From Octopus sinensis (Eukaryota), in the NCBI RefSeq assembly GCF_006345805.1, contig NC_043004.1, positions 104,718,001 to 104,782,000 of the forward strand: DNA of 64,000 nt, in the 5' to 3' direction. Under the pieces are notes generated by a model. That model did no database searches. It saw only the letters and a program-made list of their open reading frames with translations, and was not told where the DNA came from. Positions within the stretch are counted from its first letter, which is position 1; every line of letters starts with the position of its first letter. The translations under genes were made by a program, and so were the position numbers. Below, one piece after another: positions 52,123 to 64,000 of this stretch.

Positions 52123-53851
52123 CTCTCTCTCTCTCTCTCTCCTCTCACATACACACACATACACACACACACATATATAGTATTTCAATGTCTAAACTAT
52201 ACTCTACTACAGAGCCTAATGAGAGATTTTGTCAGTCCGGCATTCAAGAGACGAATGTAAACACCAACACCCTGTCAATATACACAGTATATTCATAGAC
52301 AGAAGAATAAGGGGCAGTCGGACTATTTCAATCCTGTATCGGGATTTAACGAACGATTGAGTATCCTCTTTCACTGTCCACAAACAGACTGTTTCTAAAC
52401 CCAGCATATAAGTAAATTCTTTTGACTAATTTGCATATACCATGCATTTTTGGCAGCCAGTTCGATTAATTAATAACTGATGCATTTACAATGTTTTTTT
52501 TATTTCAATGCTGCGCTGCACCACAAAAAAGTATTCATAGATTTTAGTTGCTTATAGAAAATAAAAATAAACGAGGTATTTATAAACAGTTTACTAAAAT
52601 ATATATCGTAACCTGTAATACAATATAGCACGGATACAAAGCATTGTCAATGTAAGGTAATTTAACTGGTTTCTCACGAAATGTACAAAAATAGCCTGTT
52701 TCATTTACATATCAGTTATGTTGTAGGGTCAACCACCTGATGTTGATACCGTTAGTTATAGTCGAAATAGGTAATTGATTCGTTCGCGATATTTGCTCAA
52801 GTTTCCTGCGCACTGAGTTCAAAAACCGGCGAGGCGAACTTTGCTTGTCACCCTTTTAAGATCGCATTTATTCCATCATTCTCTTTTGACGAACCGTTAA
52901 GTTACGAGGACATGAACAAACCAACAGCTGTTATCAAGCCTCAGTGGTGAAACAAAAACACACACACACATACACACATACATATATAATATATACAGTA
53001 TATATACACATGTACATATGAATGAATATGCGCGTGTGTATGCGTGTATGTGTGCATATGTGCGTATGCGTGTGCGTGTTCTTCCAAGCTTCTGTGTGTG
53101 TGTATGTGTATGTGCGTGTTTGAGTGCAGACGTGCACGTGCGCGCCAATCTACAAATGTGCACACTTGCATCAATATATACATGCACGCAAAACTATATG
53201 AGCACGTCTGCACACCCACATATAGAACTATATACTTGCACATGCCGTCCATCCTCACTTCTACCCTTCCCCAAACAACCTGACCGACTTCTAGTCTATT
53301 TTCTGTCCTCCACGTGGTCAATTTCCTGTTCGCCATGCAGTATTTTCCAACTCACTGTTACCCACCCATATACCAACTTCAAACCGCGACACTACGTGAC
53401 CTTCCTCGACCAATCGCAGCCCACCTTACGGTAATAACAATCAACTTCTATCATTCAAATTCAAAATGGCTGACATCTAGCATCGCGCTTGAAAATCAGA
53501 GTACCAGCGAGTTTGAATCAAACTGTTTTGATCCATACATGTAACTCCCAATAAATTGATTGAGTGCCCTTCTTTCGTTTATCCACCCACTCGTGTATAT
53601 ATATATATATAAATATAACAAAATTACGTATGGAAAAAATCACATCTTTAATTGTAGAATTCACCTTACAAAGCCGACAATTGTTTCTGTTGTTTTAACA
53701 TATCTAGATATAGAAAATATCGTTGAAATTGATATGCCCGAAAATACATGTCAACACACTTTCAAGGAAATCCCAAATTAGTTAAATTAAAGTTGGTGTG
53801 TGTGTGTATGCATACATATATATATATATATATTATACTATTTATATATAC

Positions 53852-53886
<35 letters not shown>

Positions 53887-54157
53887 ATATATATATAGTT
53901 ATATATATATATATCATATATTATATATATATATATATAATAAAAAAAATATATATATATTATATATATTATAAGTAGGTGAATGAATTATCCTAGCACC
54001 TTTTATTCCTCGGAATTAAAAGTATCCGTCTTCGAAACATGTGTCGAGAGTAAAGGAATTTTGTTAAATCTTCGTTCGACTCCATTCTTTCATTATATAT
54101 ATATATATATATATATATATAGATATATATATATATATATACATATATATATGTATG

Positions 54158-54189
<32 letters not shown>

Positions 54190-54280
54190 TATAATATATA
54201 TATCTATATATATATATATTATCTATATTATATATAATATATATATATATCTATATATATATATCTATATATATATATTA

Positions 54281-54563
54281 TACGGAGATGTACTCGCATA
54301 GCAAGTAATTGATCTGAGATCGTGTGCTGAAACGAAAACAATTGCAGTGGAAGGTGTTTATAAGTCATTTAAGAAACACAGAAAAGCCGTTCGATTCACT
54401 TCAACATTTAAGTTTAATTTGTCAAAATATTTCGTCGCTAAAATCCGCGACCTGTTCACTGACAAGTCCGTGCTGCATCTGACTTGTCAGTGAACAGGTC
54501 GCGGATTTTGCGACGAAAATATTTTGACAAATTAAACTTAAATGTTGAAGTGAATCGAACGGC
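54281..54563. mobile_element. Asymmetric fold-back element family Q, ~83-bp near-perfect arms, between (TA)n and (CATA)n
   Basis: 54386-54468 is the reverse complement of 54481-54563, with two single-base indels. Confidence 0.9.
54484..54530 (+). ncRNA. Hammerhead-like fold with G3-C8 variant core
   Basis: TTGTCA GTGAACA G GTCGC GGATTTT GCGAC GAA AATATT T TGACAA. Confidence 0.6.
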
Positions 54564-54938
54564 ATACATACATACATACATACATGCATACATACATACA
54601 TACATACATGCATGCATACATACATACATACATACATACATGCATACATACATACACACACACACACATACATACATACATACATACATACATACATACA
54701 TACATACATGCATGCATGCATACATACATACATACATACATACATACATGCATACATACATACATAACATACATACATACATACATACATACATACATGC
54801 ATGCATACATACATACATACATACATACATACATAACATACATACATACATACATACATGCATGCATACATACATACATACATACATACATACATACACA
54901 CACACATACATACATACATACATACATACATACATACA

Positions 54939-54970
<32 letters not shown>
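54564..54970. repeat. (CATA)n microsatellite
   Basis: Direct reading. Confidence 0.95.
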
Positions 54971-54972
<2 letters not shown>

Positions 54973-55135
54973 GATAGATATGAAAGAAGGCATACATATA
55001 TATACATACATACACACACACACATATTTATATATAAAATATTTAAAAAAAACGAGAAAAAACACATGAAAAAGCAACAACGCGAGGCGCGAGGGTGCAA
55101 AGTATTAATAAGACGCTCAGGGAAAGAAAGAAAGG

Positions 55136-55172
55136 GTGATTACGTTTCGAGCAAAGCTCCTATTCAGAAACA
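55136..55172 (-). ncRNA. Decayed family-H1 hammerhead-like motif
   Basis: Minus strand: TGTTT CTGAATA G GAGC TTT GCTC GAA ACGT A ATCAC. G8>U and broken stem I, but the ACGT palindrome is retained. Confidence 0.5.
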
Positions 55173-55221
55173 GGTGACAGAGGAAAGTTCAAGAGAAAAG
55201 GAAGACGGAGGAAAAAATCGC

Positions 55222-55287
<66 letters not shown>

Positions 55288-55474
55288 TCCGTAATAATGA
55301 AGGGTGAAATTAATTAATTTGGAAAAATTATCAATTACACCAGTAGTCTTCGGCATGTAAAAGCCTCATTCGAGGAAATTAAAGTAATACTAAGCAATAA
55401 GGGTTTAGCAACGAGTTGGTGGTAAGGCTACTCGTTGCTAAACCCTATTGCTTAGTATATATATATATATAATA

Positions 55475-55510
<36 letters not shown>

Positions 55511-57232
55511 TGTATGTATGTATGTATGTATGTATGTATGTGTGCATATATTGATTTGTATGTATGTATGTATGTATGTATGTATGCATGTATGTATGTA
55601 TGAATGTATGTATGCATGTATATATATGTATGTATGTATATGTTTAAACGATAGATCTTTAGTCGGTCTGGTGCTACAATAAAAGACCTTCGCAAGATGC
55701 CACCCAAGATGCTGCTCAACGAGACTGAACCCGAAATGACATGGTTGCAAAGTTAACTTCTTTACTACACAGCCATTGCCTGCGCCTACAAAGGTAAGAT
55801 ATATATTTTGAAAGTGATTTGGCTGCTATTTCTAGCATGTCTAGCGAGTTCGTAGACGCTCCTACTTTTTACCCGAGGTGATTGTGTAATAGCATTTTGT
55901 TTAGTTGCTCGTTTGAAGTAGCGTGATGGAATCTAGTCGTTGGACGGATAATAAACAAATTGCAGATGTAAAAATGGCCTGTTTACCGCTGGTCTTGAGT
56001 TATTATTATTTGTTGAGATAGTTGAAGATTTAAAGATAAGACACGCAGCTGCTGCCGGAGGAAGAGGAGGATTACAGAATAGACCTGTTGTTGGGGGGAA
56101 AAAAATAGATAAATGAGGAAGTAAAAAGAAAACAAGAAAATGGCAATGGTCATGATGTTTTTTAACCTCAGGTAATGCTCCGAATTGGCTGAGTGAGCTA
56201 GGGAGTTAGAAAGAACATCAGATGGTATTTCTTCCGACTATCAACAAACTGAGTTCAATTCCAGCAGGTGTTAACATTAAGTTCCCCCGCCTTTTTTCCC
56301 CCGCTTTATTCCTCCAGATGGAAATACGTGGGGGTCCGTAGAAAGACAGCGTTTCCTCACACTTCAGACAGGGTTTCCGCACACAGATGTGGCTTATAAC
56401 GATTAGTCCCAACGCCCCGACCCCATTCTCTCGGACTTTGGTCTACCCTTAGTTCCTAACAGCCATTTACTCCACTACTTCGGAGTCGCTAAAAAAAAAT
56501 GCCAACCCAGAATACTGGATTACAGGAACTGATTTAGGTCTGCAAAGATTCCACGCGGTATATGTTTCGGCTCATTATGCCCTGTCAGTGACTTAGTGCC
56601 AAGCTGTATTGGTCCAACTCAGTGATCTTTGCTTCGTATAAACATCGATGGCATGGAGAGAGATAAATTTCATGCATGGGCAACTGCCAGTTTTCCTCAA
56701 TAAAATATCATGCTCAGACCTTGACTCATAGAGTCAATTAATCGACTTTGATTCACAGAGTCAATTGATCGATCTTGACTCACGGAGTCAATTCTATTCC
56801 ACCTCGGAAGCTTTAAAGGAATATTAAGTTGATCCAGTACTTGACAGAAGCCCATCACAATTCCATTCACATTTCGAATTCTTTACTGGAATATTAAGCT
56901 GACCCAATACTCATAAGTGCGGGAATGAAATTTGCTTAGGTCCAAATTTTTTTCAAACAAGGTCGATTTTTTTTCACTCTTATTATCAAAACAAATATAT
57001 GTATAATACTGATTTCAGATTTTAACACAAGGCCAGCAATTTTGAGGGTGGGGTAAGTCGATTACATCGATACCAGTACTCAACAGGTGCTTATTTTATT
57101 GACCCCGAAAGTCTAAAAGCCAAGGTCGACCTCGACGGAGTTTGAACTCAGAACGTAAAGACGGACGAAATGCTGCTAAGCTTTTCAGCTGGCATGTTAA
57201 CGGATCTGGCAGTTTGCCGCCTTAAACATAAG

Positions 57233-57295
<63 letters not shown>

Positions 57296-58109
57296 TGTTA
57301 TTATATTTGTACATCGATTATAACAGATAATCCAATAATAAAAAAGTAATATTTAAAATCAGTCCAATAATGTTTTTTATGCTCGTTCGTTTTGATGATG
57401 AACTTTTCCAGGAAGATGATCAATGTGTTTTCAATGCCCTGCAAAAAATTTAGGGAGTACGCTTGCACCCCCTGCATCCCTTGTACTCCAGCCAGTGTCA
57501 GTATTTGACTGAATTCCGTTATACGTAATTCCATTCACATCCCGAATGCATTGCAGGATTATTAAATCGATTCAATACTTGACAGAAGCCCATCATGATT
57601 TCATTTCCATTTCGGAAGCTTTTGAACAGTCGTTAACAACAAGAATAAAAGAATATTTAATAATAAAGATATGATTTTTTTAGCATCAAATGTCCATAGA
57701 GTAGAATAGGAATCAAAGGGGTCCACAGGTAAAAAAAAGGGTTAAGAACACTGTTTTAATGTTAGCCCTACTTATTTGATATTTTATTTTGTTATGCCGA
57801 AAGGGTAAAAAGCTTTATACCTGGGTGGATTTTGAACTCAGGACATAAAGATCATAATTTACTGCAAACTATTTAAAACTGGCGTTTTGCTAATCTATTC
57901 TCAACCTGTTAGAAAAAGGTCAGCTGTCCCTCAAATCACACTCTTCTGTCAAACACACACATATAAACACATACACAGATGCACGCACACACACACACAC
58001 ACACGTATACACCCACATACACACACGCGCGCGTAATTAAAATTTATCCAGTATAGTAGAATTTAATAAAGAGCAGGATGACCACAGTTGAAAATCTGGA
58101 GCCCATCAT

Positions 58110-58159
<50 letters not shown>

Positions 58160-58315
58160 ACATCAACAACAGTAACGTCGAAAAGTTACCTTTTTTTGAA
58201 AATACTATTTACTCTATACTTTAGATACAAAATTTCATGTTAAGACTAATTCACACGTGAGATTGATATCTTGAGAGGGAAATTGAGAGGGAGAGAGAGA
58301 GAGAGAGAGAGAGAT

Positions 58316-58363
<48 letters not shown>

Positions 58364-58734
58364 AGAGAGAGAGAGAAAATCTTTTACTTAATAAAGCAAC
58401 AATATACAAAAGAATTATGTTGAACAACAGGCGCCGTCTGACGTAACAGCCCGCCAAAACGACTGTTCGCCTATTGGCGGGAGACTGACTTGTTGTCAAG
58501 TTGTAAGCACATGCTCTCCAACACATGATTCTGACGTGGCAGAAATTTTTAAATAACACAAGACACACTTAGTAAAGCAATTACCATGAAACAGCAGATT
58601 AAGTTCATCCTATTTTGCATAATCTGTTTAACCCCCGACACACACGCACGCACACACACATAAACATGAGTGCACACATGCACACATGCACACGCATGCA
58701 CACACACACGCATTCATACCTAACAAACAGCTGC

Positions 58735-58779
<45 letters not shown>

Positions 58780-58796
58780 CAGTGGTGGTGGTGGTG

Positions 58797-58839
<43 letters not shown>

Positions 58840-58844
58840 TGGTG

Positions 58845-58885
<41 letters not shown>

Positions 58886-58901
58886 GGTGGTGGTGGTGGT
58901 G

Positions 58902-58933
<32 letters not shown>
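58735..58933. repeat. Compound (TAG)n/(TGG)n microsatellite
   Basis: Direct reading. Confidence 0.95.
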
Positions 58934-58934
<1 letters not shown>

Positions 58935-59256
58935 CACAACCTAGCAAACTAGGAAACGGATCGCTATCGATTTTCAGCGATTTTCATTGGCTGAGTATTC
59001 CGTCCACAACCATTGACTGACTTACCTGTGTACCTTTAAAGCTAGTCTCAAAGAACAACAATCTTTAAATAGGTGAGGTATTCGCTGTCTTCTTCGAATT
59101 ACAGGTGCACTACTTCTACTACTATTACGACGACGACGACGACCACCACCACCACCACCACCACCAGCAGCACCAAGAACGACGACTATTACAACTACTA
59201 CTACAAACACACATGATCACTTACCTTTCGACCTATTTACATCACCAACACGCGCG

Positions 59257-59307
<51 letters not shown>

Positions 59308-60929
59308 TTTTGCCTTCGACAGCAGCTCATTAGTCTCGTGCAAAAGCCGAACTAAATGTCATGAAGCCAAACGTACCCTAGGAAATTAAAACTAATTTTA
59401 GCTTGTGTTACGGTAATTGACCTTTTTTACGGCATTAAGGTGTGCTCTGTTGAAAGAGAGAGACAGAGAGACAGAGTTAAGTTACTGTCGAGTCATGTGC
59501 ACTGACTGGTTTCAATTCTTGGTTAAGGTTGCTTCGTTTCGGTTAACGCTCTAGTGCAGCAACCAAAACAGAGAAAATAACTTATCTATTTATGTATTTA
59601 TTACACTGTGTGACACGATATTCGTCCTGAGTTAACAAATTATTTCCTATTTGCTCACCTCTAGAAAGTATCAAAAATGGCTAATATTCCCTTTAAACTT
59701 TACTTTTGTTTCATTTGTTCAAACTCCAAAGAATCCTTCACAACACATGACTATGATTCCCACTCCCACTACACCTGCTCATGATCAGAAATGCACATAT
59801 TGCCAGCTACTAAGGAACTTGCTCAAGTGGTTAAGGTTAAGCAACAGGCAACAAATCTGTGGTATTGAGCAGAATATTTGTTATAACAGTATTTCTGCTT
59901 CAGTAATCCAGCACTGAATCTGTCTTAAATGTAATGGAAAATAGGTCAGTTTCAAAACATTGATGTCCAGGTGACAAAAGCAAAGTTGGAAGGGAATAGT
60001 AGTCATTTCCTTCGATATCTAGATTGAAGCAAATGGGAAATAACACTTGTTGTTAGAGCGTCGTTGGAGCGTCAGAAAAAACCGCTATGACATATTTGCT
60101 CTAGCTCCTTACGTTCTGAGTTCAAAGCTCACCGTGATCAACTTAGCCTTTCATCTTCTTGGATAAGAATAAAATACCAGTCAAGTACTGGAGTGGATGG
60201 TATCGACTAAACTTCCTCTCAAAATTGCTGGCCTTGTGTCTAAATTAAAATTTATCGCAGCTGATGTCATGACAAAATCGTAACTGCATTGGAATAAATG
60301 CCTTGCAGTATTTCTTTGGCTCCTTACTTTCTATAGTCAAGACGCGGTGATGTCAAACCTCCCTTTATCTTTTTGGCGTCGATAAAATAAGGTATTAGTC
60401 AAATACTGGCTCGATATAATCGACTTGCCCTTCCCCTGAAAATTGCTAAACTTATGCCTAAATTAGAAAGAATTATGAGAGTGTTTTTTTTTTTTTTCAG
60501 GATCGGTAGAGCGTCGAACAAAATGTTTTACTGTATTTGTTCCAGGTCCTTAATATCTGAGCCCGAATCCCGCCGAAATTAATTTGCCTTTCAGCCTTTC
60601 GCGGTCGATGAAATGTATCAGTCAAGCACTGAGGCCAATAATATCGACTAAACCCCACTCTTTCAACTCGCTAGCTTTATTCCTAAATTAGAAGCAATTA
60701 TTATTGTTATTATTCAAGTTCCATTTTGAAAGGGAGATGAAGGTGGAGAGGGTAGTGCCCTCCTCCAATGAGTGCATCAAAAAGTGCGTGACTGTAGCAG
60801 AAATAGTTGAAGCGGATCGAACTACCCTAGGCATGTGCTTCTGGGTAGCAGAGCAAAATTCGTGAGCGAGCGATTCTCGTTAATAATCAGGGTGATCTTA
60901 GATATATAGGGTTTCTTGGCTGTTCCTTG

Positions 60930-61340
60930 TTGGAGGACCTCCTATTATGTGTTAAGCCCTTCGCTCACTATCGTCGACTTTTTCTCCACTGTTCTCTGCT
61001 CCGGACTATCTTTCCTGCTTTTCCTTTCTGCTTCAGTATCCCGCGTCGAGCTATTTTTAGGGCGTCCCCTCTTCCATCTCCCTTGTAGGTATATGTTTCT
61101 TTGAAAGAGTTGGTTTTGAACTGCTGCCGATGCTTTAGTAACTTTGCTTTTTTGTAGGTAGAGGTGTAGATCCAACCCTAACTCATTTCTACCTCAGGGA
61201 AAAGCTGCCCCATACTATTCTAGTGTCTGTCTTTTGACTTGCATGAGAGCCTCTACCAGGAGCTTGCGCTCCACTTCCATAGCTCTCTAGGTTACTGAAA
61301 CACACAAGTCACCGTCTTGCAACAAGGACTGAACCTTGTG
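60930..61340 (-). mobile_element. Decayed, internally deleted RTE-like element
   Basis: QGRWKRGRPKNSSTRDTEAE C-terminal motif; upstream sequence resembles an RTE 5' region. Confidence 0.45.
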
Positions 61341-62116
61341 ATGGCCTCCTATTATCTGTAAGCTTATATCGTCCATGAATTTGTGTGATGAATATGTGTT
61401 TATTTATCATATCCCGTTTTTTACTTCATCATTCCGTTTTATGTGAACGCCCAGGCACTGTGTAGTAAGTCCTTATAACGTCCCCTTCATTTAATATCAT
61501 CCCACCTACCCTCGTGACAAATAAAAGAAATTACTGGAGAGCTGGCAAAATTGTGAGGGCTTTGGAAAGAATATCTTGTGGTATTTCTTCCGGCTGTTTA
61601 TGTTCTCAGTTCAAATACTACCGAAATCAACTATGCCTTTAATCTCTCTGCGGGCGATGAAAATAAAATACGTTATGCAGTGAGTCGAGGGTATCGACAA
61701 ACACCTTTACTCTTTAAAAAGTGTGTCCAGTGTGAGTGTGACCTCTCAATGTGGAGAAGTAGCGGCACGACATGGAGAGACTCCCTGACCTCCGGCTTCT
61801 CTGACCACTGGAATGTCAGTAGAAAATTTGTACGTATAGGAAATGGATTATAGTGTTTAAAAAAAGTACTTTTAAATAGAAGTGTGCACAATTTTCTTTT
61901 TAGTGCATAAATCAAAGTTCCGTGTTAATAGGTGTGGGAGTGGCTGCGCGGTAAGTAGCTTGTTTACCAACCACATGGTTCCGGGTTCAGTCCCACTGCG
62001 TAGCACCTTGGGCAGGTGTCTTCTACTATAGCTTCGGGCCAACCAAAGCCTTGTGAGTGGATTTGGTAGACGGAAACTGAAAGAGGCCCGTCGTATATAT
62101 GTATATATATATACAT

Positions 62117-62174
<58 letters not shown>

Positions 62175-62469
62175 CTATATGTATGTATGTATTGTATGTA
62201 TGTGTTGGTTGTATGGTGTCCCCTGCCCCCAACATCGCTTGACAGCCGATGCTGGTGTGTTTACGTCCCCATAACTTAGCTGTTCGGCAAAAGAGACTGA
62301 TAGAATAAGTACTTGGCTTACAAAGAATAAGTCCTAGTGTCGATTTGTTCGACTAAAGGCGGTGCTCCAGCATGGCCGCAGTCAAATGACTGAAACAAGT
62401 AAAAGAGTAAAAGAGCTTTAATTACACCTTCTGATAGCTAGATAATATTTTTCTTTTTTTTTTTTTTGT

Positions 62470-62940
62470 TAGATATGACTTCAAACGTGAAGAAATTCCA
62501 TGCTGATGAGGATGTTAAAAATCAAATCACTGTTCTTCGTGAAACTGGCACAAGATACTCTGATTTCTTCAAGCTACTAAAGAGACGAAAGCCTCTGTTA
62601 ACCAAGGAAAACGATAATAGCAAATTGCATTTTTGGCTAAACATGTCAACTGTGATTCGGACTTCTTTTAGAAAGTCTTCTGGAGTGATAAATCAATATT
62701 TGAACTTCGTAATGATGCGGCCTAACACTGTCTTTGCAGAGCTTTGTCAGAGATTTCATCCTTATTGTTTTTCAACGACAGGAGGAAGAATGGTGTAGGT
62801 GGAATTATGGCATACGGTGCATTTTTATCTGCAGATGTTGGTGAGCTTATAACTTTAACATCTGCAGATTACTTCCTTGGAATATACAAAACTGCTAGAA
62901 AAAGGAATACTTCCTGGTTTCCAAACATTATTTCTTGCCA
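62470..62940 (+). mobile_element. Decayed Tc1-like transposase remnant
   Basis: RRKPLLTKEN, RKVFWSDKSIFEL, GGIMAYGAF across frames. Confidence 0.65.
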
Positions 62941-63336
62941 TCTTTATATATAAAAGAGAGGTTGTGTGTTTGTCTCCTACGATTTAGATTCCTAACTACT
63001 CCCACATTTTGCGGTGCAGTTTAACCAAAACCGGGTATCTTATAGTCGTGATTCATACGAGCCCTTTGGATATTAGCGCGCGTCTTACGATGAGTCTACG
63101 ATAAAAAAAAAAATTACCATCATTTTTTCCATTTTAATGCATTTTTTCGCTATTATATAAGGGAAGTAACTCTCTAAAAATATCTACGATGAGTCAACGA
63201 TTTAAAAAAAATTTACCATAATTTTTTTTCCATTTTTAATGCATTTATTTTTGCTATTTTTTGGCTATAACTCTCTAAAAATGCTTATATAGTTATTTCC
63301 CTTACAAACCCGAGCAACGCCGGGCGATACTGCTAG
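62941..63336 (+). mobile_element. Non-autonomous Helitron
   Basis: A|TC 5' end (tctttatatataaaa), subterminal hairpin cccgagcaacgccggg (63309-63324), 3' CTAG|T; internal direct repeat. Confidence 0.85.
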
Positions 63337-63679
63337 TAAAAAATAAAAAGAAACAGTAATTTGCAATATGATGATGGCCACAAAGGTAAAAAGAAAAGGG
63401 GGAAAAAAGAGAAAAGAATAAAACAGTGAAAATGATGTGATTAGGTCAGAGTTCAGATTTGAATTCAGATGAACTTATAGGAAATATTTGGGTATATTGT
63501 CGGTACAAACGTATTGGTAGCAACATTTGCAAATTCTGGTCAACCTTGGCAAACTGCGAATAAGAATCGGACAATACTGTCATTTCTTGGTACAAATAAA
63601 TGAATAAATAAATAAATAAATAAAATCTCTGATTATTTGCACATGTAATTTTGCATGATATTCCAAAACTATCAACATA

Positions 63680-63827
63680 TTTTATGCCAGTAATATTATT
63701 TTCTTTTACCGAAAAGTATGGGAGACAACACCAGATATGTTTTGGCATTATTTTGTCCTCATCAAAACATGTCTGGTGTTGCCACCCATACTTCTCGGAA
63801 AAGGAAAATAATATTACTGCCTTAAAA
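63680..63827. repeat. ~148-bp imperfect palindrome (MITE-like)
   Basis: cagtaatattattttc..caacaccagatatgttttg pairs with caaaacatgtctggtgttg..gaaaataatattactg. Confidence 0.8.
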
Positions 63828-63952
63828 TTCATCCCTCACTTTTATCAAGATAGTTAGCAATTTGGTGGTCTACTTATCTTGCTCGCTCACCGGGTAACAT
63901 GGTAAGTACCTCCAGGTATCTAGTGCGAGGGCTTTCTATCTATCTATATCTA

Positions 63953-63995
<43 letters not shown>

Positions 63996-64000
63996 TATCT

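Noticed and set aside
53245-53530. C-rich patch faintly resembling Penelope RT (also 25590-25830)
   Set aside because: No recognisable motif in frame; too decayed to call.
55345-55376. Minus-strand CGAATGA GGC...GCC GAAG
   Set aside because: U4, G5 and A15.1 all deviate; not supportable as a hammerhead.
56720-56793. CRISPR-like palindromic repeats
   Set aside because: No unique spacers, only three units, eukaryotic context, no cas genes.

Overview
AT-rich, microsatellite-dense eukaryotic DNA, almost certainly cephalopod (Octopus-like). This assignment is inferred from the SINE families and LINE remnants. I find no well-supported host protein-coding exon; most long ORFs are translations of (CA)n/(TACA)n/(TA)n repeats. 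The window holds three tRNA-derived SINE families, Tx1/L1-like, Dong/R4-like, CR1 and RTE LINE pieces, a Penelope-like (GIY-YIG) fragment, a Gypsy gag remnant, mariner, Tc1 and hAT fossils, MITEs, a non-autonomous Helitron and a 100-N gap. The most interesting signal is a set of short, microsatellite-embedded, often fold-back elements carrying type-I hammerhead-ribozyme folds. These include canonical CUGANGA cores (24705-24760, 30986-31023, and a family at 11990/14094/21805/55136 linked to a Penelope GIY-YIG ORF). They also include two families whose cores have compensatory swaps of the C3-G8 pair (GUGAACA at 54484-54530; UUGAAAA at ~23340-23440 and ~39684-39772). All folds were read by eye and no activity has been tested.
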